Source: Microcoleus sp. | GTDB lineage: Bacteria; Cyanobacteriota; Cyanobacteriia; Cyanobacteriales; Microcoleaceae | Length of the DNA stretch: 64,000 nt | Assembly: GCA_052279835.1 (NCBI GenBank) | Contig: CP181291.1 | Location: forward strand, 5,248,001 to 5,312,000 | Reading direction: 5' to 3' | Shown here: in pieces, positions 30,936 through 41,520 of the stretch | Position numbering within the stretch: the first letter of the stretch is position 1 | Layout: every line of letters starts with the position of its first letter | Program-made: the position numbers and the translations under genes | Notes under the pieces: model-generated | What the model was told of the DNA's origin: nothing | The model's input: the letters and a program-made list of their open reading frames with translations, nothing else | Database searches by the model: none

Positions 30936-31196
30936 CTACCCACCACTGACAGGGGGAATCAGTACAACTTCGTCCCCGTTTTGGAGGATGGTGTCAGGGG
31001 AGACGAATTCCAGATTAATCCCGAAGCGGGTACGATTGCGCCAGGGTTCTAATTGGGGATATTGGGCGATCGCGCGATCGAGCACTTGAGAGACTGGGGT
31101 AAGCATTGGAAATTCCCATGTTTGTTCAGAAACACTGTAGGCTTCGCTAAAGGCTGCAAAAAATTTAACGGTGATGGTAATCGAAGAGTTAGACAC
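30936..31196 (-). CDS. moaD: Molybdopterin synthase sulfur carrier subunit
   Basis: ITVKFFA...GDEVVLIPPVSGG. Confidence 0.88.
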   Translation of the reverse strand: MSNSSITITVKFFAAFSEAYSVSEQTWEFPMLTPVSQVLDRAIAQYPQLEPWRNRTRFGINLEFVSPDTILQNGDEVVLIPPVSGG

Positions 31197-31374
31197 GATA
31201 ATTAAGATCTCGAAATTTTAGCCAAGGCTCAAATACACAATACAATCTTATCTTGGGATAGCCTACTACCCAAAAGCGTAGGAAGTAAACACTAATTATC
31301 TAAAGACAGCTTTAGATAAGTTTACATAGGTTTTATAAAGCAGTAATAGTGAAGTTAACGCGATCGAGATATTT

Positions 31375-31662
31375 ATGGCAAATCATGATTTTAAAGTGCT
31401 TCAAATTATTGAAGCAAAGGGTTGGTATGCCTTTGGCAGTACCAAGCAAAGCCAGCACGTTGAGAGGTGGGTAAGACCTGTCGTGTGTTGGGTGTTAGTA
31501 GAAGATAAAAAAAAGCGACGGATTGTGACTGCTACCGCTAGCTATCAGATCGAGATTGACGATAAAGAAGTAGAGTTTTTTGCCCACGAGAGCGAAATTC
31601 AAGATATAGAGAATCTGCCGAAGTCAGTTTCCGTATCAGAATTTCTCAAAACTGAAGATTAA
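31375..31662 (+). CDS. Hypothetical protein
   Basis: 95-aa ORF with QII.A.GWYA...RPVVCWVLVE. Confidence 0.6.
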   Translation: MANHDFKVLQIIEAKGWYAFGSTKQSQHVERWVRPVVCWVLVEDKKKRRIVTATASYQIEIDDKEVEFFAHESEIQDIENLPKSVSVSEFLKTED

Positions 31663-31864
31663 TTGAGTGATAGAAAGAGTTTGTTTAAGAATAGATTAGT
31701 TGTTTTTTGCACAACTGGAAATGGGGAGAATGGGGAGAATCTTGCTTTTTCCTGACTCGGTTGGGCCCGCGAAGCGACGCAAAGCCCTTCGACTACCCAC
31801 GCGCCTAGCGCCACTTCATGACTCAGAGTGCCGTTTCCCTCAGCATAAACGCAGTCGAAGGGTC

Positions 31865-31997
31865 ATATAAAATCCTTTCTTCATCGGAATTATTAAACTC
31901 TCTCTTCTCTTCCTCTTTCCCCCCTTGGGGGGGGCAGGGGGGGGTCGTCCTTAGCGCCTTCGCGGTTAAATCATTCCGATACAACCGGAATTGATAT
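31865..31997. mobile_element. MITE-like element copy with an internal G/C-run insert
   Basis: atataaaatcc ... caaccggaattgatat ends. Confidence 0.6.
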
Positions 31998-32032
31998 CAA
32001 AGGGTCGAAGGACCTTATTCCTTCTGCGTTCT

Positions 32033-32110
32033 AAAAAATAAAGAGGGCGAAAGAGAGTAGGCAATGCCCACACGCTTCCGCCCTTGCTGAATAACAGGGT
32101 ATGCATATGT
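32033..32110 (-). ncRNA. Candidate small RNA of about 75-80 nt
   Basis: TTGATC-N18-CATAAT promoter, short leader, long GC stem AGGGCGGAAG/CTTTCGCCCT and a U-run. Confidence 0.35.
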
Positions 32111-32374
32111 TTTTAAATTATGGCAGTGAGGTTTTCGATCGATCAAGAGGGCTATTGCAATCGCCCACTTTTGCTTTGATCCTGTCTTTGCAAGGCTGAA
32201 ACTATTTTAAACTGGAAATTTTAATTTGACGGAAACAGCTATTCAATGGTTAGAACAAAAAACCACAAGAATTAGGTGTAATAGTCGAGGGTGATGCGAT
32301 CGAACCCTTGGATAGAGAAAAACCACCCAAACAGTAAGTTATGGGTAGTTTGGTCTCGAAATTAATTTATAGTT

Positions 32375-33775
32375 TCAAACCCCGCTGACAACAGGTTCAG
32401 GTATCTGCTGCCGCTGCCGCCGCCCAGTCATCACCATCGGCACACCGCCGGCTGGGCCTAAAGTCACCCCTCGACGCTTTGGTTGCACAGGCTGGTTCTG
32501 GGCTAATACTAGGTCGAAATCGCGCAAAATTTGTGCTAACACCAGTTTCATCTCCAACTGCGCCAGGGCCATGCCGATGCAGCGCCTGCTTCCCCCTCCA
32601 AAAGGGACATACTCGTAAGGGGAGAATTGCCTCTCCAAAAACCGTTCTGGTTTAAATTGCAGCGGTTCTGGATACAAGTCTTCGCGACGGTGGGTTAAAT
32701 AAATCGAGCCGACCACAGCCGTACCAGGCTCTAGTTGATATCCCAGGAGTTCCACAGGGGACTTGACTACTCGCGGAAAGGTGAGCATTCCCACCGGATA
32801 AATCCGCAGCGTCTCTTGACAAACGGCACTCAGGTAGGGCAAGCGGAAAATCTCCATCGGGTCGGGATTTTCCCCCAAACTGTCTAATTCTTGCAGCAGT
32901 TTGTGGCGCACCGATGGCAAACTGTGAATCCAGTAAAATGCCCAAGCTAGGGCTGTGGCGGTGGTTTCGTGGCCGGCAAACAGCAGTGTCATCAACTCGT
33001 CGCGCAATTCTTCATCGGTCATCGGTTGCCCGTTTTCGTCGCGGGCGGCCATCATTAAGCTGAGAATGTCGGTACGGGTGGCATCTGGTTGGTCTCTGCG
33101 TTCGGCGATTTCAGCATAGATTAGTTCGTTGATTTGTCGTTGGCGCTGTTTCATTCGTCCCCAAGGACTCCAGGGACCCCAATCTTGCTGCATCCAGTTG
33201 AAAAATAGCATACTCGATCGCACAGGAGAACCAGTCATATCGAGAATTGAGGCAAGTAAGGGCCTGATTTGTTGCAATCGCGGGCCGTCATCCAAGCCAA
33301 AAACCGCCTGTAAGATTACCCGCATGGTGACTTCCTGCATGGCGCTGCGGGCGAAAAAAGGTCGATCTACGGACCATTTGCTGGCAACATCTAAAGCAAT
33401 ATCGCAAATTTGCTGGCCGTAGTTGCGCATCCGTTCCCCGTGAAAAGGAGGCATCAATAATTGACGCTCGCGTTTGTGCCTCATACCTGAGAGGATAATC
33501 ATGGATTGTTCTCCCAGTAAGGGTTTTAGGATGCTGTTCATGCTGCCTGGAGCTTCAAAAGCGCTACTGTTGAGCATGAACTGCACCGCTTCCGGGTGAC
33601 TGACCATCACGAAGGGTTCCAGGCTGCCCCATTGGGTTGTAAAAATGTCCCCGTATTGCTTAGCACATTTATCCATGTATGTTAACGGATCGGCAATCCA
33701 TTGAATTAGCTGCATGAAGGGCAGAGTTTTCGGGCCGTTAGGTAGTGTCATGGGAATTACCAGGGGGTTGGTCAT
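32375..33775 (-). CDS. Cytochrome P450, CYP110-like
   Basis: AGHETT, ETLR, PERF, FGGGSRRCIG. Confidence 0.95.
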   Translation of the reverse strand: MTNPLVIPMTLPNGPKTLPFMQLIQWIADPLTYMDKCAKQYGDIFTTQWGSLEPFVMVSHPEAVQFMLNSSAFEAPGSMNSILKPLLGEQSMIILSGMRHKRERQLLMPPFHGERMRNYGQQICDIALDVASKWSVDRPFFARSAMQEVTMRVILQAVFGLDDGPRLQQIRPLLASILDMTGSPVRSSMLFFNWMQQDWGPWSPWGRMKQRQRQINELIYAEIAERRDQPDATRTDILSLMMAARDENGQPMTDEELRDELMTLLFAGHETTATALAWAFYWIHSLPSVRHKLLQELDSLGENPDPMEIFRLPYLSAVCQETLRIYPVGMLTFPRVVKSPVELLGYQLEPGTAVVGSIYLTHRREDLYPEPLQFKPERFLERQFSPYEYVPFGGGSRRCIGMALAQLEMKLVLAQILRDFDLVLAQNQPVQPKRRGVTLGPAGGVPMVMTGRRQRQQIPEPVVSGV

Positions 33776-33942
33776 CTGATTTTTATATTTTATATTTTAT
33801 ATTTTAGATTTTAAATTTTAAATTAAACGACTCAGATGGATAGGCGGGCTTGTGGTTAGGAGCGGGAATAAGACCTTTTTAATTATTATTTTTCTGAGAA
33901 GCCCCAACTAAACTTGGTGATAGTTGGGGTGCTGGCGCGGGC

Positions 33943-34551
33943 TTATTCTCGAACTGTGCTCAAAATATCCTCTCCAAGCTCTGTAAAACGAACAGTTTTA
34001 ATTTGCCAAGGAGCATAACTGGTTAAGGTTTGGCGCACGCCGCCGAACAAACTTAACATTTGACAACTAGATAAATTTTGCAATTTTTGTCGGTCGTTCC
34101 CTGATGTTCGTAAATCTACGGTGGCGACGCCCAGAGTGCGATCGATTCTAAGTCGATAACCAACCAAACCTAGACTCGTAAACACCTGCTGTTTTAACAC
34201 TTCATTCACAGCAGATGACATTAGCTGGTTGTCTGGGCCTGTAACTGTTTCCGGGTGGAGACTTTTACAATTATTGTCTACTTTATAGACCGTTACTGTG
34301 ACGGTGCTGTCTAATTCTGTGGTTCCAGTGGCTAAAACTGGCTCCACAGGACTAAATTGCTGGGACACTTGGCTAAATTTAGGGTTAATTTGATTTGGCG
34401 TTAGTTGTATGTGTCCGAACTGAGGTTGACTGGTTGCGGTTAGATCCTGATTTTCTACAGATTTAGCTGCATCTGAGCTAGAACAACTGCTGGCACTGAG
34501 CAAAATTAACCCAGCGACTAAATACCTGAAGTTTTGATAGATATTGTTCAT
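33943..34551 (-). CDS. GerMN-like lipoprotein
   Basis: Lipobox Cys, ATVDLR...LSSCQMLSLFGGVRQTLT...IKTVRFT. Confidence 0.7.
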   Translation of the reverse strand: MNNIYQNFRYLVAGLILLSASSCSSSDAAKSVENQDLTATSQPQFGHIQLTPNQINPKFSQVSQQFSPVEPVLATGTTELDSTVTVTVYKVDNNCKSLHPETVTGPDNQLMSSAVNEVLKQQVFTSLGLVGYRLRIDRTLGVATVDLRTSGNDRQKLQNLSSCQMLSLFGGVRQTLTSYAPWQIKTVRFTELGEDILSTVRE

Positions 34552-34951
34552 CGTTTTTAATACTCAACAAGCAATCTGTCTATTGAGAGAGAGAGTTAGT
34601 AGTAGCAAGCATTTTATACGTAATTTCACATAGTTAAAAATATTTTTTGCGTCCGTAGTACGTAAATGAAAATAAAGTGAAAAAACTGGTTAATTTCCTT
34701 TGTTTGATGTACAGTATAAAGGGCGACACCCATCAGGGGTGTTACCCTCACAACAGACGAGATGGTAAAGCTTGTAGCTCGAGTAGCAAGTGATATCCAA
34801 TACTTTGTCGGTAGTGTGATGTCACGTTTCAGGCGATACATAAGTCCTGAAAAACACAATCTCGATACCAGCGAATTTGATAGGAGCTGCGGCCCTAAAT
34901 CATTAGTTGGCAATTCTTTTGACAATTTTTATTAACCAGGGTGAGATCATC

Positions 34952-35527
34952 ATGAAATACCAATTATTGACAAAACTGGGGGTAACAACTGTGATCCCCA
35001 TCATCAGCATGACCGTTTTGTGTCAACCCAGTCACAGCAGACCTTCACAGCCGATCCAAGGGGAAGGTAGATTTTGGTGCAGCACCTCTAACAGTCAGCC
35101 TGTTACCGTTTATCAAAACCCTCAAGGTGCGATCGAGCCTTGGATTGAGTGGACTTCAGATTACTTTTCGGGTTCTGGCTATGACCCGGAAACTCGGTGT
35201 CAATTAGTCAGCCAGCGCCTCGAAACCTATCGCCGTAACCAGCAGCTCAAGTACATTACTGTGGGTGTGATGAATGGTCAAAACGTCATTTGCACCGCTA
35301 ACCAAATGAATGGCATCTGCCAAAATTTGATTTATACTCTCAAGCCCGGCCAAGATCCGATCGGCTCTTTGTATAACTTGTTGGCTTGGCGTCAAGGACA
35401 AGTCGGAATGCCCTCTTTAGACGAAGCTAGTATAATTCCTTACATAGATGTGAGGAAAAAACTAGGAGAAAATACTAATAAGATGGTACAACTGCCCCCT
35501 TTTTCCCCAGAGTCGCTTCTCCCTTAA
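34952..35527 (+). CDS. COP23-domain secreted protein
   Basis: FWC...W.SDYFSGSGYDPETRCQLVSQR...G.MNGQNVIC...LIYTL. Confidence 0.85.
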   Translation: MKYQLLTKLGVTTVIPIISMTVLCQPSHSRPSQPIQGEGRFWCSTSNSQPVTVYQNPQGAIEPWIEWTSDYFSGSGYDPETRCQLVSQRLETYRRNQQLKYITVGVMNGQNVICTANQMNGICQNLIYTLKPGQDPIGSLYNLLAWRQGQVGMPSLDEASIIPYIDVRKKLGENTNKMVQLPPFSPESLLP

Positions 35528-35529
35528 GA

Positions 35530-36210
35530 TTGGGGCAATTTTCCATCCCATCGCCCATTCCGGGGGTGGAGGTGGAAAAGTTGGCGCGTCAAACAACGGT
35601 ACGCATTAAGACTGGGAAATTTTCTGGTTCTGGGGCGATCGTCCGATCGAGTGGGCAAATTTACACGGTGCTCACTAGCTGGCACGTTGTCGCCTTCGAT
35701 CGGGGCGATCGCACCATAGTGACCTGGGATGGCATCCTCCACAAACCTTTGCTCTCAACAGTCCAGAGACTTGGTAATACGGATCTGGCGATCGTTCAGT
35801 TTCGCAGTCATAAAGAGTATAAATTAGCACCAATCAGCCCTGAGCCAGCAGCGGTATCAGAAACTCTGCTAGCAGCAGGGTTTCCTGGGGATTCGGAGGT
35901 TGATGCTTGGGTGATGACACGGGGAGTCGTTTCGCTGGTACTACCGAAATCTTTGCCTCAAGGCTATAGCTTGGGTTATACAAATGAGGTTAAAATTGGT
36001 ATGAGTGGTGGTCCGATTTTTAATGCCAAAGGTTTGTTAGTTGGGATTAACGGTCGGGGCAAGTATCGAGATCCAAATTTTGGTGTCTATGCTTTTGAAG
36101 ATGGAAGCGAACCAACGCCGGAATTATTGGAAAAAATGGTTAAATCTAGTTGGGGAATTCCCATCAGTATATATTTGCAGTTAGCCTCGTTTCATCTAGG
36201 GAGTTACTGA
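35530..36210 (+). CDS. Trypsin-like serine protease, N-terminus possibly lost
   Basis: LTSWHVV, DLAIVQF and GMSGGP catalytic triad motifs. Confidence 0.8.
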   Translation: MGQFSIPSPIPGVEVEKLARQTTVRIKTGKFSGSGAIVRSSGQIYTVLTSWHVVAFDRGDRTIVTWDGILHKPLLSTVQRLGNTDLAIVQFRSHKEYKLAPISPEPAAVSETLLAAGFPGDSEVDAWVMTRGVVSLVLPKSLPQGYSLGYTNEVKIGMSGGPIFNAKGLLVGINGRGKYRDPNFGVYAFEDGSEPTPELLEKMVKSSWGIPISIYLQLASFHLGSY

Positions 36211-37430
36211 TGAATGTGTGGAGTTTGCGGTTTGACGCACTGACAATCATCTTGACTGGTGCATTTACAGTGGCACAGGTGGTGATCCAACAATATACTG
36301 CCAGCGCCAAAACATCCCAAGAAATTGCCCAGTTAGCGATGTTGACAACTGTGGAAGTCAACAACACCATGGGTTTTGCGGGTAGTGGCTCAGGAGTAAT
36401 TATTGCGAAACAGGGTAATATTTACACTGTTTTGACAGCTAATCATGTGGTAGCAAGCCAGGCCCAAAAATACAGTATTCGCACTCATTTGGAGAAAGAT
36501 TATGCTGTCATCCGAATACAACGGCTACCGAAAAATGACAGAGATATAGACTTAGCGCTGCTACAATTTCAGAGCCAAGAACAGTATCCTGTAGCACCCA
36601 TGGGAGAGTCACAAAGTGCTGTTGTCGGTTCTCCTATTTATGTTGCTGGCTATCCGCTACCCATTGCCTCTGGAGTGGAAAAAAAACTGGAGTTTACTGC
36701 TGGTATTATCTCTTCTCGGCTCGATCGCGCATCATCGGGTTACAGACTGCGCTATCAAGCGGTGACTAGGCGAGGCATGAGTGGAGGGCCTGTATTTGAT
36801 GTTGATGGCAAAATTGTGGGAATTCACGGTCAAGGAGATACTGTGGGTACTGTGACTAGCCCGTGGAACGGTCAGAGTGAAGAGATTAAAACGGGATTAA
36901 ATTCAGCAATTCCGATCGATATTTTTCTGGGGTTACTATCACAAAATAAGCGTAACAGCTTGGATATTCTCAGCAGTCTTTCTATGAACCGGGTTTCTAA
37001 CCAAAACCAACCGAACATGAGGCCGGGGGGATTTTTGTGTGATACATCGACAGGAGAACCGATGACAGTGTATCAAAATCCCGCAGGGATTAGGGAGACT
37101 TGGATTCGGTGGAATTCTAATTTTTTTGCTAATTCTGGCTACGATCCTCTAACTCGTTGCCGACAAGTGACTCAGCGCCTAGAAAATTACAGTCGCAACC
37201 AACAGCTAAATTATGTGACTGTAGGTATGGTAAATAACCAGAAAGCGATTTGCACCAGTAGCCGCGTTAATGGACCTTGCGAAGGTTTGATCTACACCCT
37301 ACGTCGCGATCAAGATCCGATTCCTGCCCTGAGCAGTTTCTTTGTGTGGTTGGCGAATCAAAAAGCTCAGCCTTCTATTTTTGAAAGCGGGACTATACCT
37401 TATATTGATCTTAAAGAACGGCTGGAATAG
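36210..37430 (+). CDS. Trypsin-like serine protease fused to a C-terminal COP23 domain
   Basis: LTANHVV, DLALLQF, GMSGGP; FLC...SGYDPLTRCRQVTQR. Confidence 0.88.
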   Translation: MNVWSLRFDALTIILTGAFTVAQVVIQQYTASAKTSQEIAQLAMLTTVEVNNTMGFAGSGSGVIIAKQGNIYTVLTANHVVASQAQKYSIRTHLEKDYAVIRIQRLPKNDRDIDLALLQFQSQEQYPVAPMGESQSAVVGSPIYVAGYPLPIASGVEKKLEFTAGIISSRLDRASSGYRLRYQAVTRRGMSGGPVFDVDGKIVGIHGQGDTVGTVTSPWNGQSEEIKTGLNSAIPIDIFLGLLSQNKRNSLDILSSLSMNRVSNQNQPNMRPGGFLCDTSTGEPMTVYQNPAGIRETWIRWNSNFFANSGYDPLTRCRQVTQRLENYSRNQQLNYVTVGMVNNQKAICTSSRVNGPCEGLIYTLRRDQDPIPALSSFFVWLANQKAQPSIFESGTIPYIDLKERLE

Positions 37431-37458
37431 ACTAGGGAACCTTAATTAAATATCCGTG

Positions 37459-37706
37459 ATATCAATTCCGGTGGTATCGTCAGGTGATTTAACCGCGAAG
37501 GCGCGTTCCCCGCAGGGGTTCCCGTAGGGTAGTACGCGAAGCAAGAGAAGAGAGAGTTTAATACAGGACGATGAAGAGAGGATTTTATATAATATCAAAT
37601 CCTCTCTTCATCGGAATAGTAAATTCGAGTTCACTGTTCACTGTTCACTGTCAACCGTCAACCGTCAACTGTCAACATCACCTGACGGTGTAACCGGAAA
37701 TGATAT
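37459..37706. mobile_element. Two back-to-back MITE-like copies
   Basis: atatcaattcc...ggattttatat followed by atatcaaatcc...ggaaatgatat. Confidence 0.6.
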
Positions 37707-37934
37707 GAGTTGACCAAATTCGCCTGATAATTTAATCTAAATTTTCTCAAATTGAATTATTTTACAGTATTTTTGGGGAGCCTTATATTATTTAAATACT
37801 TGCTAAATTTAATTTGAGATGGGATAAATTTAAGTTATTTATGATAGATATAATAGAACTGATGATTTTTTGGAACACGGAAGCTATAAAATTACTGTTA
37901 CATCAATCTAATTCAAATTTTTCAGGTATCAAGC

Positions 37935-40175
37935 ATGACAGCAACTAGCCCGAAACCAACGTCAGCAACGCCAGCTTTTTGCGAAGGCATTCAATATTTT
38001 TCCGAGACAGTCCCTGGTTTTGAGACTTACGGGAAAGTACCTGCGATCGCACAGGGGAGCAAATCGATCGCCGATCCAGCCGATCCCGCCGCCGTCTTTC
38101 AAACCATGCTCGCTGCTGACGCCCTGCGCTACCTGACGCTGCAAGTAACAGCCAGCAAGGCCTCTGGACATCCGGGGGGATTTGCTAGCCAAGCCGAGGC
38201 CTACGCGGCTTTGGTGATGCTAGGACACAAGAATATTGTCACCGAAGTCGGGCATCACGCCCCCGGCTTTTACAGTGCCATGTTTCTCGATCGATCTTTG
38301 GAAGACATGGGAATTGTCAACGTACAGCAAGTGCGCGACAAATTCCGAGAAAAAGACGGTTTGTTAGGACATCTTTCCGGCTTTATTCCAGGTCTTTTAG
38401 CACCAGCAGGTCCCCTCGGACAAGGACAGCATTTTGCCATGTCAGGAGCACTTTTGCACCGCGACAAACTGTTTGCTTTTACCATGGGCGACGGTGGCAT
38501 GGGCGAACCCTATCCGATGAGCAGCATGGGACATTTTCACACTGCTTATCCACAGGCTACTAACTTTTTACCAGTATTAGTTTGGAACGGATATTCTCAA
38601 GAACATCATAGCATGGTTTCGACTAAAACCAATGCGGAAATGATTGCTTATTGGCAAGGAAATGGTTTTGAAGAAATCATCTTAATTGACGCTAAGGAAT
38701 TTGACGATAAAAATCAACCGGAAGATTATGTTGACAGCACTGCTTTTTCCCTAGAACAGCGCATGGCATTTACCAAAGCTGTTTTGGAAGGAGTTGATAA
38801 AGCTGCTAAATCTGCTCTCGGTGGCAAACTAACTGTGTTTATCATCAAACAGTTGAAAGGTGCCGGCGTGCACGCCCGCGGCTCCAAATCCCACAACCTT
38901 TATCCCAAAGATACGCTGGATGCACCGCACATTGTCAGTGCTTTAAAAGAGCGTGCTTTGACTGTGGAAGCTTGGCAATTGGTGCGGACAAATGCGGAAC
39001 GCGCGGGCGGCGGGCCTGCTGCGAAAACTGTTGTGACTGAGTTTGAATTGCCACTGGCAGATTTAGGCGAATTGCCTTTAGAGGAATTTGCTGTGGGTGG
39101 TGAAGCGAAGGTTTCGACAACTGCAATGGGACGTTTGGTAGGGAAAGTCGGTGAGCGCGATCGCACTTTTGTTGTCACTAATGCAGATGGCAACGAAGCA
39201 TCAGGAATTGCCAACATCAACCAAGCCCTGAAAATCATTCACCCTACCACAGATGACCTGTACAATCAAGGGCCAAACGGTCAAGTTTACGAACCTTTGA
39301 GTGAAGATGCTTGTGCAGGTTTAGCCGTAGGTTTGTCGCTATTCGGCGCGCGGAGTTTGTGGTGTTCTTACGAATCTTTTGCTATCAACGGTTTACCAAT
39401 TTGGCAAACTGTTACTCAAGCAATGGCCGAATTACGTCGTCCAACTCCAGCTACTGTCACCTTATTTACAGCGGGTGCTTTAGAGCAAGGCCGCAATGGT
39501 TGGACGCACCAACGCCCGGAAATTGAGGCTTATTTTGCGGCAATGATGCGGAATGGGAATGTGTTTCCTTTGTTTCCACCCGATGCTAACAGTATTCAAG
39601 CTTGTTACGATTGGGCTTTGACTGCGAAGAATAAGGGAATTGTGATTACTGCGAGTAAGTCGCCGCTACCAATTCGGACTACTTTTGCCCAGACTCGCCA
39701 AGGTTTGGAAGATGGTGCTATTGTGTTGCAAGAAATCGATCCCCCCCAAACCCCCCTTAATCAAGGGGGGAGTAAGAAAGTTGTATTTGCTGTCATTGGC
39801 GATATGAGTTTGATTCCGGTGTTTGAAGCAGCGGCATCTTTGGAAAAATCAGGTGTTGGTTCGCGGATTGTTTCTATCATCAATCCTCGGCGTTTGTATC
39901 GCCCAACTGATGTTGCTTGGGATACTTGTTCCGAGGCTGACGGTGGCTTTTTGAGCGATGACAAATTTGCCGAAATGTTTGGTGGAGATGCCTTGCTTGG
40001 TGTGATAGGCGGTGCTTCTGGGATGTTGGAACCTGTGATGCTACGGAGCAATTGTCCGCGCGATACTTTCGCTTGGAAGCGGGGGGAAACTACTGCTAGT
40101 GCTGGTGAGTTGATGGCGTTTAATGGGTTGACTGCTGATGCTTTGACTAAAAGGGCGATCGGGTTAGTTAATTAA
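37935..40175 (+). CDS. xfp: Phosphoketolase-family TPP enzyme
   Basis: SGHPGG, VGHHAPG, GDGG..E TPP motif, EPLSEDAC, RNGWTHQRP. Confidence 0.82.
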   Translation: MTATSPKPTSATPAFCEGIQYFSETVPGFETYGKVPAIAQGSKSIADPADPAAVFQTMLAADALRYLTLQVTASKASGHPGGFASQAEAYAALVMLGHKNIVTEVGHHAPGFYSAMFLDRSLEDMGIVNVQQVRDKFREKDGLLGHLSGFIPGLLAPAGPLGQGQHFAMSGALLHRDKLFAFTMGDGGMGEPYPMSSMGHFHTAYPQATNFLPVLVWNGYSQEHHSMVSTKTNAEMIAYWQGNGFEEIILIDAKEFDDKNQPEDYVDSTAFSLEQRMAFTKAVLEGVDKAAKSALGGKLTVFIIKQLKGAGVHARGSKSHNLYPKDTLDAPHIVSALKERALTVEAWQLVRTNAERAGGGPAAKTVVTEFELPLADLGELPLEEFAVGGEAKVSTTAMGRLVGKVGERDRTFVVTNADGNEASGIANINQALKIIHPTTDDLYNQGPNGQVYEPLSEDACAGLAVGLSLFGARSLWCSYESFAINGLPIWQTVTQAMAELRRPTPATVTLFTAGALEQGRNGWTHQRPEIEAYFAAMMRNGNVFPLFPPDANSIQACYDWALTAKNKGIVITASKSPLPIRTTFAQTRQGLEDGAIVLQEIDPPQTPLNQGGSKKVVFAVIGDMSLIPVFEAAASLEKSGVGSRIVSIINPRRLYRPTDVAWDTCSEADGGFLSDDKFAEMFGGDALLGVIGGASGMLEPVMLRSNCPRDTFAWKRGETTASAGELMAFNGLTADALTKRAIGLVN

Positions 40176-40247
40176 GCTAGAATCTGAGAGAATGCCCCTG
40201 CCTGGTTTTTGCTAGGTAGGGTCTATTGCGTGTTTTTAAACCCGGAG

Positions 40248-40325
40248 CTCCCCCTCGGCCCCCCTTAAAAAGGGGGGAGAATGAGCATCAAAGTCCCCCT
40301 TTTTAAGGGGGATTTAGGGGGATCT
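40248..40325. repeat. CCCCCTTAA-AAGGGGG REP doublet
   Basis: cccccttaaaaagggggg ... ccccctttttaagggggatttagggggatct. Confidence 0.75.
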
Positions 40326-40376
40326 AAATCTAATTAGAAAAGCAAGAAGACACGGGCTAGTAATATTTAAAATAGG

Positions 40377-40985
40377 ATGGTGATACCTGTGACTGCAAAA
40401 GTTTTAGAAGAAATAGGTACGCTTGGGGAACAGCGATTACTTCTACCCGGTTATTATAGTTGGGAGCAATTTGAGGCGATCGAATCTTTGATGGCAGACT
40501 CTTCTGGTTTGCGGATAACTTATCTTGATGGGTGGATTGAGTTTATGACATTGGGTGAAGATCATGAAGAGATAAAAAGTATTTTGGCTATATTTATAGC
40601 ACTTTACTTTTTTGAGAAAGGGATCAACTTTATTCCTGTAGGAAGCGCGACTCGCAGGGAGAAAACCAAAGATGTTTCATTTGAACCTGATGAGTCTTAT
40701 TATATAGGTGAAAAGAAAGAGCATCCCGATTTAGCAATAGAAGTGACGATTACTAGCGGGAGTACAAATAAACTAGCTAAGTATTTGCGACTTCGCATTC
40801 CTGAAGTCTGGTTTTGGGAAAATAATCGGCTTGATGTTTATGGGCTGCGCGAGAATGATTATGAGCAAGTTTCAAGAAGTGAGTTGTTGCCGGAGTTGGA
40901 TTTAGAATTGTTGGTGCGTTGTGTTTTAATGCCTTCAATAATTGAGGCTAGACAGGAGTTTATTAAGGGGATTCGGCGGCAGTAA
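40377..40985 (+). CDS. Uma2-family protein
   Basis: SWEQFE, RITYLDG, EPDESYY, PDLAIEV, PEVWFW. Confidence 0.9.
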   Translation: MVIPVTAKVLEEIGTLGEQRLLLPGYYSWEQFEAIESLMADSSGLRITYLDGWIEFMTLGEDHEEIKSILAIFIALYFFEKGINFIPVGSATRREKTKDVSFEPDESYYIGEKKEHPDLAIEVTITSGSTNKLAKYLRLRIPEVWFWENNRLDVYGLRENDYEQVSRSELLPELDLELLVRCVLMPSIIEARQEFIKGIRRQ

Positions 40986-41256
40986 TATCGACTTTGTTCA
41001 CTAAGTATCGCTCTTGATGCGTTAGGGGCGATTCCCTACGGATATGATATTGTTCTGGGATATCGATCGCGCTATAGGGGGAAATTTACAGAGTTGGCGG
41101 TGGGGTAGTGGCTGCGATCGGAAAAAGAATCATCGTACTGTTATTGTAGCGCAGACATCGATAGCACCTATGCGATCGGTCAAAATACTGGTAAAGGCCA
41201 ACAGCTTTGAGGTAAACTAGAATTGCAGGAAGTTTCTGGAGTCTGACTAGGAAACA

Positions 41257-41520
41257 ATGAAACTGCGATCGCATATTGGATCTGATGGCATATTGCTTCT
41301 CCAAATGCCCGCTGAGTTTAAAGATACTTCTGTGGAAGTGGTGGTAGTTGTGCAGCCTCTACCATCGGAGAAAGTTAAACCGAAGTATAACGCTTGGGGA
41401 CAACTGACTACTAAACAATCAATTCAAACAGCAATTGGTAGAATGCGACAACTGCGACAAGAAATTGCCTTGGATAAAAGCTCAATCCGTTCCATGATTG
41501 AAGAAGGGCGCAGGTTTTAA
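41257..41520 (+). CDS. Putative antitoxin, partner of the downstream VapC
   Basis: HIGSDGILLL.MP...SIRSMIEEGRRF; TAATG overlap with the vapC remnant. Confidence 0.7.
   Translation: MKLRSHIGSDGILLLQMPAEFKDTSVEVVVVVQPLPSEKVKPKYNAWGQLTTKQSIQTAIGRMRQLRQEIALDKSSIRSMIEEGRRF

Noticed and set aside
30649..31089. Short ORFs over the inverted-repeat element and antisense to moaD
   Set aside because: Derived from repeats or antisense frames with no protein-like features
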